From Lytechinus pictus (taxonomy: Eukaryota), in the NCBI RefSeq assembly GCF_037042905.1, contig NC_087245.1:4342001-4406000 (forward strand): DNA of 64,000 nt, in the 5' to 3' direction. The translations under genes and the position numbers were made by a program. Shown here one piece after another: positions 1 through 14,060 of this stretch (positions are counted from its first letter, which is position 1; every line of letters starts with the position of its first letter). A model generated the notes under the pieces. The model saw only the letters and a list, made by a program, of their open reading frames with translations. It was not told the DNA's origin and searched no databases.

Positions 1-64
1 AGGGGGGGGGGGGTTAAGCTGAGATTGAAAACTGAAGTAATTCTGTAACTATGACCTACAGGTA

Positions 65-317
65 CAGTCTAAATTGCAGGGATTTGAAATAAATCCAGGC
101 AGACTGTATTTAGATTGTATTTATTTAGACTGTACCAAGTTTGGGATTAACTTTTAATCCTTACAAAAAAAAAATCATTTTTAATCTCACAGGATTTAAA
201 TTTGAATCCTTTAATACTTAAAAAATAATCTTGAGGATTAAAACTAAATCCCAAATTCAATTTGCTTTGTAACTACAGTCCACCTGGATTTAGTTTAAAT
301 CCATGCAATTTAGAGTG
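65..317. mobile_element. Small inverted-repeat element (MITE)
   Basis: Left end cagtctaaattgcagggattt pairs with right end aaatccatgcaatttagagtg; inner aaatccaggcagactgt pairs with acagtccacctggattt. Confidence 0.6.
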
Positions 318-1488
318 CATGTCAATGAAATATCAAATAAAATAATAATCATATACACTTTTAATGAAAGAAAAACATAATTTTTAACTGATACTTTAAA
401 ATTTGGTTCTCTTCAAAGTTTAGTACTGCACAGAAGTCTCAAATCTAACTGGCTACTATAAAGGAAGCTTGGGGAATACAGACATATCTGTGGGTTTAAA
501 ACATGAAAGAAACTAAATCATTATTTTTACAAAACTGATCATTTTCATAAAACATAATGATTAAAAAAAACTAAAATAGAGATTTACATTGTACTACACA
601 TTTAATTCAATGAACATTATAAAAGTGTTGTACATGTAGTACCGTACTGTTAAAGAAAATATGGGTGTTTTTTCTTTATATTCTAATGGATAAAGGTAAA
701 AAATGGAATCTATTGACGACTTGCAATAATGAGTCTTTATTGTGCCCTACAGTTTGTATTCCAAGGCCAAAAGGCACGTAATGCATTTATTCTGTCACAT
801 ATGCATGAAAGAGTTTTTAAAGCTGAATGCAGTGTACATCATCAATGTCATTATTTGCTTTTGATCAGTATGACTCTCACAAGCTTTGTGCTCGACAAGC
901 AGGAAGTCATTATTTTGATCAAAGATGAAAAATTACTATGATCAATAAAAATGAAATGTTCATATCAAGGCTGGTGATGAAGAATAGGGGGTGCTGCATG
1001 CTAAAGAACTTTGACATTGAACCACTCAAAGAATGTTGACAAGTGTGGTGAATAGTAAACATACTATACAATCTGGCCTTTATTTTTTTGTATTTCATGC
1101 ATTAATCCAGTTATTCTATTTATTGTGTGATTTTATGAATTTGAGCAACTTTTAGAATTGTGCAATCAGCAAAAATGGGTAGATTGTACTTCTAAATGTA
1201 AATTTGAGAGGTCTGATTGTACACAGAAGCTCTAATTGAACGCATGCCAACATGTATACCAGTATGAGCATACTGTGAGGCCCTGTACTGTGGATGACAG
1301 ACATACATTTCTCAATGAAGGTCACATACATTGTTTAATGATATAACTAGCTACTGGCATGCATTAGTTCATGTCCAAAATGCAGACCAGCCAGGGCAAG
1401 CATTGTGCCTCAAGAATACTTTCTATGAGGATACTGAAAATTTTGTGCAAGCTAAACTACTATTATGATTTAGAAATTTGAAAATCAT

Positions 1489-1847
1489 TTAATAATAATA
1501 ATAATAGCCAATTTTTATAAAGCGCTTTTACCAGAATGGCTCAAAAAACGCGTTACAGCATATTATTACCCCAGTCATTGGATTTATTTCAATCCCGCAC
1601 GAAAAGTGCACAATTTCCACTCCCTGGGGAGCATTCCTTGCATTCATCGCAGCCTCATTATGGCGCTGACAAAATCAAACATACAATATCTTTCGCATCC
1701 TACCGGGTACCCATTTAGCACCTGGGTCGAAAGTGGCAAAGTGTGGATTAACACCTTGCCAAAGGACGCGAGACTGCGGTGGGATTCGAACACACGACCA
1801 TCTGTTTACAAGGCGAGAGTCATAACCACTACACCACGGCTCTTCCA
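1489..1847 (-). mobile_element. tRNA-derived SINE
   Basis: Minus strand reads gccgtggtgtagtggtt (A box)...gtgttcgaatccc (B box), then a non-tRNA body and a tail aagcgctttataaaaattggc(tat)n. Confidence 0.85.
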
Positions 1848-2050
1848 CAACATTTGTGGTACTGTCTGCTATTATCACATCAATTGACTATTATTTGGGC
1901 TAAGTACTGTCAGTGATCATGTACACTTTGTTACTCCTCATTGGATGTCATGAAAATAATTATCATCATCAAATCACAAATGATAATGTCATTGAATTTG
2001 CAAGTTTTCTTGATGGTTTATCTCGAATGAACTTTTCAATTTTGCGAAAT

Positions 2051-2242
2051 GGGGGCCATTTCATAAAGCTGTTCGTAAGTTAAGAGTGACTTTAAGAATG
2101 ACTGGTGAACCTTTCTCACGTGCTAAATAATCAATCACCAATGAACATTGAATTTAAGCCTAGTAATACATGTACACAAGAAAGGATCACCAGATGTTCT
2201 TAAAGTAAATCTTAACTTACGAACAACTTTATGAACAGCCCC
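2051..2242. mobile_element. Short palindromic MITE
   Basis: ggggccatttcataaagctgttcgtaagttaaga pairs with tcttaacttacgaacaactttatgaacagcccc. Confidence 0.7.
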
Positions 2243-5200
2243 TGAGTCTATTAATACTGACCCTCTTTCTCCATAGTAAACACCCATTTTAAAATACAGA
2301 AAGGGATTTTAAGTAGAACATTACAAATTCAATACTTCCTACACTTGTAAAACAATGATGGGCAAAACCAGAAGCCAAATAAACAGGAACAACTGATTCA
2401 TTTTAGAGTATCACACCTAGACTAAAGGAAGCCTTTCTCATCAATGGAACACTTATCACAATATCCTGGGGAGGTGTGACTTGTTCTAGATCTGGTCTTG
2501 AGAATGCATGGATGACTGCCAACAGGGAATTCCCCCTTCCATTTCCTTACTTCATTCAGTGTCTGTCTTTGAAGATACTGTGTACTGAACAAATAGCAGG
2601 TATTGTTTTGTCTTTCAATGATATTGTATTTATTCTATTGCACAGGTCTACGTGCAGGAGGTATAATCTTCAGTTTCATGTGTAGTACATGTACCTACTT
2701 GCAAATTTATGTTTTCTTCCTGTTTGGTAAAATATATTCATTTCTGTCCTTGCCCAAATAAAGATTTGTAACAAATACATTCAATTCATTATCAGTAAAG
2801 TCTTATTCTTGAAATCATGTAGTGACTTAGGATATGAAATGATAAGGGAACTCTAATGGGGGAAAGACTTTGAAGAGAAAATTTTTCAGCCAAATTCTGC
2901 ATTTAAGAAATTGAAATAAAAGCACCTAGCTGATACAAGATGATTAAAAAATCTATTTATATATTTTCTGCATTTTATAGTTATAGAAAGTTCATGAGAC
3001 TGTTCCAGTATTTCATCACAATCTTGGAATCTGCTGTATTTGGTACCTTTTTCTTGATTTTTCCATTTTGATCCCCTTACAAATAACCAACACAACAGAA
3101 AACTTATATGATGAAAACATACCTTTTTGCACGGTATACATGTATTGAGAGTGTGATTTTATTTCATTCAATCCCATTCCATAGCCATACTCCTAAAGGC
3201 TAATTTATAATTTGGTGAGACATTAGTAAACAGTCTGGTGGAAAGAAATCAAACAACATCTTCAACTCTGACTGTTTGAATAGCTCTTCATTGCACTTAC
3301 TCAATGAAGGTCCGTCCCCATCTATCTAGACCAAGTTCATTCTACACAAGCTGCAATGGAATGGATGGGTGAACTCAAGACCAATTCAACATTCATGTAT
3401 TACATGTACATGTGTGCTGTACAGTGTATATCTGCTAAGAACAAGAAAGGTAACGTATCAACCTCTTTATTCATGTTGAAGTATAAAAAAAGTAGTAAAT
3501 AAAGAAGCAGTTGTCACATAAGTCACAGAAGTTGAATAAGATGAGAAGCAGGAGAAGAAGGGAAGGAAGAAAGAAAAGAATCCACTTTCAGATTACTTAT
3601 ATACAGTATTAAGGATGAATTCCTATCCTATATCACTAATTAAACAAGATGTTGATCTTTTGAGAGTAAAGCTTTCCTATCTGATAATATTTTCTGAAGA
3701 TCAAGCCAACTGAAACATTGGGTTCATACCAGTCATAAACATCTCTCTACATATTCCTAGGTCTACATTGAGGATTGTAAACAAAAGGGATACAACATGG
3801 GTTTATAACATTGTACCTCCAATTAAAAAACGCCCCTTAATACATGTCCTGAACAAGTACAATGTATATACATGTATACTTTGAACTTCTATAAACAATT
3901 TATTATGTTTTAAAGTACCTTTCAATTTATTTAATTTCATTAAACCCCTATTAACAGAATAAAAAAATAGCGTGCACATGTAATAGGAAACATATGAAAT
4001 ATAATCTGATGTCTGAAGAGGACTCTCCTTCAAGTATCTTTATCAAAATATCCAAATTTCATATTATGCCAAGCAAGCTCCTTTCAGGTATCTGGAGAGC
4101 ATTTCATGAAATGTGTTGTCATTAAAATCTGTTAAAGGCTACTGAAATTCTTTAATCTGATTGGCTGAAAGCAAATTTGTCAGTGAATATCACTTAAAAG
4201 AGGCTTCTCAAAGACTCAGACCTATTAAAGGCAACTTGAATTTAAATGATGCATCTATAACGTTTGACGAGGAACAAAAAAAAAACACCTGAGTCAGATC
4301 TTAAAGAAAACCAGAAAGCTGCTCTACAAAGAATCAGGACAAATCATGGACATCTCTGGACAGGTAAAATCCTTCCTTGGGGCAATTTAGCAGAAATCTG
4401 AAAAGGGGAAATCCACTCAAATGGAATAATAGTTAATCAGGGAATCGCAGTGAACAATTCCATGTCTTTCCTTATGCCATATATTCCCTTCGCCCCTGTC
4501 TTAACTAAATCTAGAAAATAAATAATTAATAACCCAAACTTCAAAAAAATATAAAAATGATAAGATATATAGGAAAATAGCACTAAAATGGACATATAAA
4601 GCTTTTTGACATGCATTCATCAGAGCAAAATCATAAAGTATGTTCATGTTTAATACTATTTTTATGCAAACAAGAAATTTAATCATTTATTTATCTCCAC
4701 AGTGATTAACCTGAACATTCAAAACAACACTTCCCAACCCAACCCAACTGCTCTTGTATTGTAAGTATAATGAACTATGAATGTGGAAGGGAAATGACTG
4801 AGCTTGTTTCTGGAAAGAGTACTATAGCTTTTTTTTTGGCTAAAAAACAGTAAGTCAAGGTGTCATTACTATTATGAGAGTCAGACCATAATGGAATGAT
4901 GGGTGCAGTCTTTCCTTTGTTCAAGTTCAAGAAAATTGAAAGCATACTGGAAGTGTTGTCTTTGTTTTCAATACAATCTCTTACAACCAAGCCTACCAAG
5001 GTCCAAAGTACACAGGAATAGCAACAATTGAAAACTGTGCAAGGAACAACAGAATGATCGCTGTGCATCCAACGGCTCTAGGAACATGTTTCTATTTATA
5101 TGCAGGCCTAGTACATGTATGTGGGAGTTCACTTCAGTTTGTAACATGTATAGAATGATATATTCTGATATCTTTCTCCAGAAAAACATGTACACACCTG

Positions 5201-6954
5201 TAGAATCCATTTAAATTCAATAATTGAACCCATTTAATTTCCATATTTCATGCCAAGAGTAGAATACATAAATACAGGCCCCATTAATAATTTAAAACTT
5301 TCATGCTAAATTGACAAATGTATCAATGTACATGTATACAATGCACCTGTAAACATGCATCTGCTCAGGGTACGATTCAAAAAGTGGGCCATATCATTAC
5401 CGGTACTCACATCTAATCAAAGCAATCCCAACAGAACTAGTCCCGCATGATGTAAACTTAAATGTGTAAACACTTTGGCAAATAAGCAAGGCAAAGCATA
5501 ATACCCCCACTGCTCTATCTCATTCCCATGATGTGATTAAACTTATTAAAAGCCCTGACGAGATGCCAAGAGGCAAATTGAAACAATCGTCTGTTCTCGC
5601 CGACTAATTGGAATTTTTACGCAGTTAATAAGGTTAAAGAGCAGGTTATATTGATGCACACCACTACCAATGTACCATAATTGAAGTTCATAATGCTTAC
5701 CCATGGTTGATATCGTTTTATGATTTTAAACAAAAAAATGAAATTATAAACACAGCTTTAATGCTAAGGTTTGAGAAAAACAAGGAAATATGATTGATGA
5801 CAAATTTTATTGGAATGATCTTCATTTTAAAACATGGACAGGGAATAATTTTGTTTTACAAATTTGAATAGCATTTTTGGTCATAAGAGAAAAGCTCTCA
5901 ACTATTAATGTACAGTCCTATGTAAAAATGTGCTATACAAAAGAAATATGCATAGCAGTCTTTCAAAAATGTGGAGCAAATTGTGATGCGATACCAGGAA
6001 AATTATTCCCTGATGTACATGTATTATTAAACTGCACTTCAATAAAATTAATCTTGAGCAAAAATATTCCTCTCAATCTTTCAACATTCCAAAAGGTGTA
6101 AAGAGGCTGGATAGCATTGCTTGTTATACAAATGTGCAATATATCATATTAAATTGGTATTTTATGCTCGAACTTTAAAATAAAGAATTAAAAGTAACAT
6201 CATCTACCCTCTATGAAAATGATGGGACCAACAGTTATTTTGCATGAAGCAATAATTAAAAAAACAGCTGAGAAAAATATATATGGACATGTATGGTGAA
6301 ATCATGTTACTTTGACGTACATCACTTTTTACTGTCTATGACCAGTGATTAGTGACTCTGTATTTACATTTGAAGAAAGGTAAAAAATGAAAAGATGTGC
6401 ATTTCTTTATAAAGTGTTAATTTAGGCAACAATTCCGATTGAAGTATAAGCCAAGGGTGTAAATTTAAAAAAATTCCTCCTCAAGAGTGCACACATGAAA
6501 TCTCGTTTTCAAGTGCTTACATGGACAAGCTTTAAGATACAGATCCAAGACAGCACATTAAACTTTTCTTCTTTGGTGATTGAAGGAAAAGTGTTTCATC
6601 GGGTGATTAACATTTCACCTATTGTGCAGCAGGATACTTACTTGTTGAATATATGATGTAAATTTGAAGTGAATGTACTGTACTAGAATTCACACAGAAT
6701 AGACGGCACTTATAATTTCTTTTAAAACATATTTCAAACCTTCCCCTGTAACATCTCAGTCTTATTAAAACCAACAATTCAGTAGTAATAAACATTGCAG
6801 TTTGGTTTGGTGTCCATGTGGTATCAGTTTGGGTAAACTTTGACAAATATTTTTCTAGGGGAGGGGGTAAATGTAACTACTACCTGGCTTTCCATCATCG
6901 ATTACAGATTCCTATAAAAAAATTGAATTATAACCAAACAAGACCAAATCTTAC

Positions 6955-7055
6955 CTCACTAATCCTTCTTAAACTTGATGCAAACATTCCCTGGCATTTA
7001 GCAACTTCATCCTTTGTAGGAAAGCCCTCTCTTCTCTCAATCACGACCATGTTCT
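6955..7055 (-). CDS. SOCS7: SOCS7-like gene, coding exon just before the SH2 domain
   Basis: tgcag acceptor, gtaag donor, 101 nt. Phase matches the upstream exon (G+AG). Translates ENMVVIERREGFPTKDEVAKCQGMFASSLRRISE, resembling the SOCS7 pre-SH2 motif FAASLRELEK that precedes CGWYWG. Symbol rests on this one motif. Confidence 0.7.
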
Positions 7056-7759
7056 CTGCACATACATACAGTAAGAAATGAAGCAATAAGCGAATACGAT
7101 GTCATAGCTTCCCTCAAATTCTTGAGCAAAATAAGAGTTAGTGATGTGCTTTCATAATTGCATTGAGGAACTACATGAAAATGAGACAAAGACCTTCACC
7201 AAAAAATTGCCTATTGTAGGAAATAACATTGCAACATACTGAAAGAGCCAGGATAGCCTTCAAGTTTGTTTTGTTCCAAGAATAAAATTGGTGTATTTGA
7301 CTCTGTATGATTCATTTTGATGACTATGCCTGAAACCACTTTTCCAGGCAATGGGGAAGAAATGACTGTTGTTGGTTAAAAGCCAAAACAATTTCAAAGA
7401 AAAAATGCAGGAAAATCACTATAATACCTCATATCATTCTGAAACCAAAAATTGCTCTTCAATAATTCATTCTGATTTTAAATACTTTAATCCAATGGGC
7501 TGAAATGTATATTCCTCATTAAAGATAAAATGAAGTGTGAGTAGGCAAACATTCTTTACCATAAATGGATGTAACATTTTTTTTCACACAGGATCATACA
7601 TAATAAAAATCAGCCTAAAAATGGAGTTGCAAGAATAGCTGATATTGACCTCTCGATATTCCTTATTTGGACAGGAACAAATATCTAAGTTAAGGTAATG
7701 ACTGAATTAATACGTACATCTATTTGGATGTAGGAATTGCTCTCATATCAAATACTTAC

Positions 7760-9701
7760 CTTGACCTGGTCTTTGGGGTGTCAGTCTAGGACCTGCAGAT
7801 GGTCTTTGAGGACTAGGTCTAGCAGGTGGTGGAGGTACTATTTGGTTCCTACCATCTGTAGGGCAATAGAGTGACTGCGGTCTCTGGACATTACTCCTTC
7901 GATTCTCTCGTGATTGGACTATCGATTTGTTGCCTGGTACATCCGGTAAGGGTCTGTCAGGGAAAGCACAGGACTTACGACGGGGAGTCTTAAAGAGCTG
8001 AGACACTCTGTTCTTTAGGTGGGCCGTCTTTGAACGGCGTGGGATGCTAGGGTCAAGAGAGACATCATTTAGGGAAGAGTGGCGTGGAAGTGATTTACTT
8101 CGCAAGGAGGCGCTGGTTCCTCCATCATCACTATACAGACCATTCATAAGAGCAGGTAGACACATATGAGTTGGTTCTGTCTCCCACTCAGCCTTCTTGG
8201 ATTCCTCATCTAAGACCATTGACATACGAGGAGGAATAGGTGGAGGTGATTCATCATCATCTTGACTTCCTTCAGGTTGAGCATAGTCTCCATAACCAGA
8301 TTTGGGTTTTGTTCTACGGTCTATTGCTGGTCCATACATACTTTTTTCTTTAAAAGATTCATCACTTCTGTAGCTGGCTAAAATTGCTGCTCCATCGGAC
8401 ACTGATCTTGGAAGGTTATATTGAAACCTCATATCGCTCTCATCACATGCTGGATATTTCTGAGTTGTAACAACATCAACAATTTGACTATCCTTTGGCA
8501 AGAGGACAACTTCCTCAAATTTATCCTTTTTCAATTTGTCTTTCGCAACTCTGTTTAAGTCCCCATTTGCAGATTGTTCTGAATTACCCTTACGTTGCGT
8601 CTTTGATTCCCTATGAAGCGAATCTGATGAACTTTTGTGGTATCGGTTGGACGATTCACTATCTAAACTTGCCAGGCTATCTTTCATCATGACTTCAGCT
8701 ATGTGAGGTGTACGAGGGTTGTTTAGAGGTTCGATATCAGGTTGGTGTGTCATCTGTATTACTAGAGGTTCTAACTCGGCACTTGACATGATTCCATTCT
8801 GTTGCATTGTCCTGGAGTCAGTGTCACTTCCTGCTCCATTTTGCTCAACTTCCACACAGTCTTCCTCCATCCCTGTAAAATGACAATGTACATTAACAGA
8901 GCAATTGACAGTCACATCAGAGTTGGGTGGCAGTCCTCCACTGGGGACAATGTTTACTGAGATGTCATTTCTGACAGATGCTTTCCGTTGTAAAGGCACA
9001 ATGGAATCTGATTCGCTTTCATCTCCCATCAAACCTCCAACACTCAACTTCACATCTACATTGTTTCCTTTACCTTCATTTCCGCAGCGATTTGCCTGAA
9101 CATTCAAAACGACGCTTCCCAACTCAAAGTTTTTACCAACCCCACTGCTCTTCTTGCGATACAGTCCAGTTTTAGGACGAGCTCCCTGCTTATCAAACAT
9201 AGAAACACCATTGTAAGAACTCTGATTGCTGCTTGAATCCTTGTCCGACAGTGGACCATTGCTGCCATTCTGTGAGAATCTTCCATTTGAATGTTCATTT
9301 CCCCTCCCATGTTTAACAAGACAGTGGTGATCCATATCAGTATCTCGCCTTTCCACATCATTTCCATTTCTGATATCGCATCCATTATGATAAATACAAT
9401 GGCTTGTTCTCCCATTCAGTGATGTCCTATCTGGATCATTATCAAGTCTTGACGATGGTTGTACATGTAAGTCTCCACTTAACCCATGACCAACAGATGG
9501 ATTTACTACGACCCCATTTCCTAGGTTCTTCTGATATCCTGGTAATACCTGGCCTGCAGGATCTTCTTTTGGAGACTTAGTGCCCCCACGTTTCAACGTC
9601 CGCCTCATCCTTCCCATCAACCCTGTGGCTTCCTTTCTCCCTGATAGTTCTCGAACATCGCGGCTGTTGGAGGATGGGGGCTTGGCTGAGGGCATTCTCA
9701 T
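7760..9701 (-). CDS. SOCS7: SOCS7-like gene, large exon encoding a disordered Ser/Pro-rich N-terminus
   Basis: Inside the 681-aa ORF 7743..9788. Acceptor ttttcttattgcag puts the exon start at 9723; first ATG at 9701; donor G|gtaagt at 7760. Contains PPPIPPR, RPLPDVP and PPPPARPSP motifs. The exon itself is well supported; identity comes from the next exon. Confidence 0.75.
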
Positions 9702-12700
9702 CTGAGCATCAGCCCCAGAGTTCCTGCAATAAGAAAATAAAGAGGGAAACTTGATAGAATAATGCTTGATTAAAAGTCTATGGTTCATGTATACTGTATA
9801 GACACTTGGAAATGAAATTAGAAAAACCTATCTATGCTGTTAACAAATTGTCTTTATGAAGACAAAAAATGTAATTCATCAATTTCATATGAAATTCGCA
9901 AATAACATCATGAAGGTTATGGCACAGCCTTTAAGATTAATACCAAAATGCAAACAGTAACATATTACTATCAACTGACATGGAAGAAAAAGCATATATC
10001 TACAATGATATTTCAAGTCTAGAGACTACACTTTCACTTGTGCTACCTTTTTTCTTTGTGGCTACCAGCTTTCATCTTGCTTGTGTAAAGTAAATGAAAA
10101 TGTGAATGAAGATTTTTCCCAGAATATCACACCAACGTCACACAAATCATGGCAGATTCTTAATACAAGGAACTACACTCAAGTCCAATCAGTTCATTTT
10201 GGTGGTAAGGCACTGCTTCTTTCCTCGCTGCTAGGCAGTTGGTATATAAAAAAGGCAATATTTGTAAGATCCTAGGCAACAACTGATCAATATACAGCTA
10301 TGGAAGAGTGTGTTGTAATATCTAATGATTTCTTCTTGCTTCCTCTTTTAATATGAAAACCTGAAAGATTGCCTAAAGAGGCTATGTGATCAGTCCTTAC
10401 ATCATTTGTTTGATATAAATTACAAAGAAAAGGAAAGTGAAACTTTCACAAGAAGCAGCCACAACATTAAGGGCCTACATGTAGTCTTGAATTAAGAAGT
10501 TATTGTTATTCCCTTTAACTAGGATATGATAATCTCAGAAACCTACTCTAGCCATCTGGATTTGAATGATTTTCAAAATAAGCATGGCAGTTGAATACTA
10601 TTTCCCCAAAAATGTCAAACTCTCTTTTGACACAATACATGTACATGTACATTCCGTTAGTTGGATATCATTGCTATACTTACACATCAAAGTCATGTGT
10701 ATATGTATGCTAATCATCTAATTTTTCTGTCAGCATATTTTGCTCATTAATACGGCAACTCTCTAATAAATCTTGTTTCCAAGATATATCAGTCATTAAA
10801 AAAAGTTGTTTTAAGAATTGACGATAGGCTAATACTCTGTACTGAAGAGTTTATACCAGTACTATAAAGCATAAGTTTCAATTACTCTGCATGCTATAAT
10901 AAATAGTCCCACTTTAAAACAGGCTTTCTACTAGAATCAAAACTAAATTGAAAAATGAATCACCATGAAAAAAACAAGGAAGCGTTACTTAGTAATCATT
11001 GCAATATTATTTTGAAATGGATATCAAAACATTCATCTAAGAATTCAATTTCCTTCTTTTTAAATGAATCTTCCACTGTATGTCAACATATGCCCTGTGA
11101 CAAAATTCATTCAATAAATCTGCTTTACAAACACATATTTAAATGTGATTATCAGAATATCCCTTTTATTGTGCCATTTACATGTAGATTGTGAAATTAT
11201 TTTGCATAAAAAAAAAATGATTTTGAGATTAAAACAAGAGGGCAATATATCCAATGGAAAGAATGAAACATATTTTATATCGGAATGACATTTTCTAATG
11301 AAAGGAGGGGGGGGGGGTATGATATATTGTAGAAATTCAAGTGTTTTGCCCTACAATGTGTTAATATCTCCATGATATATTTCCCTACCTGTATACAGTA
11401 TGTGGTGGGGGGTGATAAAAGGCATCAAAGTGCTTTGCCTTGTACACCTGTATGTAGAGAGTACACCACAAGAGCAAATCTCATGGTCTAAAATCAAATT
11501 ACAAGGCGGGCCAAATCAATAGCTGCTCCATTCAGGGTTGCATACAGGTGTGTGTAGATGGGCAAACGTGATCTTAGCGATGTTTTGGAGCTGTCGATGG
11601 CGTGAAATGAGCCACGGTAAGGTGCGGGCCAATTTAAAGCCTGAAAGAGCAAAGATTTTTTACTCAGCTCCTTGAATGGATGGAACGATGCTCTGGCTGC
11701 TGCTAGCTCGCTCTAAGGCAAACAACATCATCTACACAGCTCTACAATCACTTCAACACGTCATCCAGAATGAATGCATCACTCAGCATTCATTAATTTT
11801 TTCCTTAATGTCCTCAACCAATGAAAACTTTATTAAATTTACGCCTTTAGATAAAAATGATTTCAATTATTAAAGATTGAGAGAACAAACAGGCCAATAT
11901 AAATCCTGACTCTTGCTTGTTTGTAAAACTCGATCACTCTGTGAATGCCATTGTTGCCATTATACATGTAATGCTTTATCTCTTACTATCCGATATCCCT
12001 GAAACCCATTAAGAATATTCAACAAATGAATGATTAGTACTGAGCACTATGATCTGTACACCATTACATCACTTTCACTTTTCAAATGGTTTTTTGATTT
12101 GTGGCCCATACTTTGATTGCTAATAGAAATGACCGGGACAATCAATGCATGATAATAGCTGTAAAACCCTGGGGTACAATGTATTCAAATGACACATAAT
12201 GACACATAATATCTTCTCACTTTCAAGTGCAGCTCTCTTTGGTACCCTCCATCGGCTGAATACTGTGTTTGGGTAGGCCTACATACAACTGCTCGTTCTA
12301 GTTCCAGCAAAGCCTGCGTAATGCCTCAATTCGCCTCACACCTACCAATTTGTACTAATGGGACAGGCAAAATAAGCATGGTCAGATTACACTTGACTCA
12401 GGTCTCGTGCCTGAACATGCTTCAACTACTAACTGTGCACAAATCGTAGTCTTGATTTGAGGTCAGTAAAAAGGCAAGAGGAGATGATCATTTTATTTAC
12501 AAGTGGCATGCAAACATAAAAGAAGAAATATTCAAACAAAGACTTTTCTATTCTTTAATATATATCGTAGATTCCATTAGATTCAATGTACATGTACCTC
12601 ATGACATGCAAACCTTTCCTACAAGTACAGAATATCATGTATTTGTGAATACTAAAATGGATTTGAATTGGTTTTAAGATATGAGTGACACTGATGATTT

Positions 12701-13914
12701 TCTGATGACTAAAATCATCAATTACATGCTGTACATACTCATTTGGTTAATAATAATACAGTTCCTAATACTGATCTCAGATGCCTTCGGGACCAATCCT
12801 AAATATATTGTCAGTCCATCTTTTTTTTTTCCAAAGTCAGGCAAAGCTGAATGTAAAAGCATGTACTAATAGCGACACATACTGTAGATGAATACAACAG
12901 TGTGGTTAATAGTTGTTTCTTTTAGATGTAATTTCTAAATATAAATAATCTGTAGTCTACATGTATGTTCTTGACCTACAGAATATACAGTATACATGGA
13001 TAAGTATTACATTTGAGGATAAAGAATAATTTGATATATGATTATGAAATTATTGAATTCATTAATTCAATTAAAAAAAGAGGAGTTTATGAGTTATTTT
13101 TTAAATAAAAGAAAGCATTGTCTTGATTCACAGCTAACCATAACGTATTAGAGTAACTGAAGAAATGGAACAAATCTATGCAAACAATCTGGAATAATTG
13201 GCCAGTTCTTGACAAAGATGTGCAGCACATTGGAGACAAGGTACTCCCTTATCTGAACAAAATATAGTCTAGAATGACAGATATTGTATGTTTGACTGAT
13301 GATATGAGGGTGAATATGCTTGCCAGGCTGCTGCTGCACACTCGCTAAAATACTCTCCCATACCTACATGTACATGTAATAAAAAATATCAAAATTTACT
13401 AATAATGAAGATAAAATTTGGAATGAAAAGTCAAAATTTGTATCAATCCATCTACACAGTCTGTATTCTGAAGTGCTTTGCCTTGTGCATGTAGGCCTAC
13501 TGTACGGATTCCAGTTTACAATAAAAGGTTTTGTTTCGCTCTGAAAATTAATTTTGTCATTGTCATAGCAAATGGGATTTTTTAATGTCTTTCTGAGTGA
13601 GTTCATACAGTGGTTCTAAAAACTAACTAACTTGAAACATATTTCAAGTATTCTAATTCTGCCATTTATTAGACATTTAATTGTGATGTCAGGTGATAAA
13701 ATTTGTTTCTCATGGCTCATCGGACATCGTAGTGTTTTCTCCATTCAACACTCAGCATGAAGGAGTACATTTTCTGGAAGGACTCACTAACATTTTAGCA
13801 CCACAATCACCACCACCATCATAGACATGTATTATATATGTAAATAGTTTTTGTTGTTCTGCTCTGAAGAGCCTTGAGCATCTAATCAAGATGGAAAGTG
13901 TGCTATATAAATCT

Positions 13915-14060
13915 CATTATCATCATCATCATCATCATCATCCTCCATCATCATCATCATAATCATCATCATCATCACACATCATCATCATCATTACTAT
14001 CACCAACATAATTTACATTAATCTCCTCCTCTTCCTCACCACCACCATCACCATTCACCA
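13915..14060. repeat. (CAT)n/(CAC)n microsatellite
   Basis: Direct reading of catcatcat... runs. Confidence 0.95.

Noticed and set aside
1770..1847. tRNA gene
   Set aside because: A/B boxes run directly into a SINE body and tail; no clean acceptor stem.
1..6950. SH2/SOCS-box exons of the SOCS7-like gene
   Set aside because: I found no GWYWG-coding sequence by eye; short ORFs such as 4775..5068 show no SH2 similarity.
9724..9788. N-terminal extension of the 681-aa ORF (MNHRLL...)
   Set aside because: Corresponds to the polypyrimidine tract and acceptor, so probably intronic.
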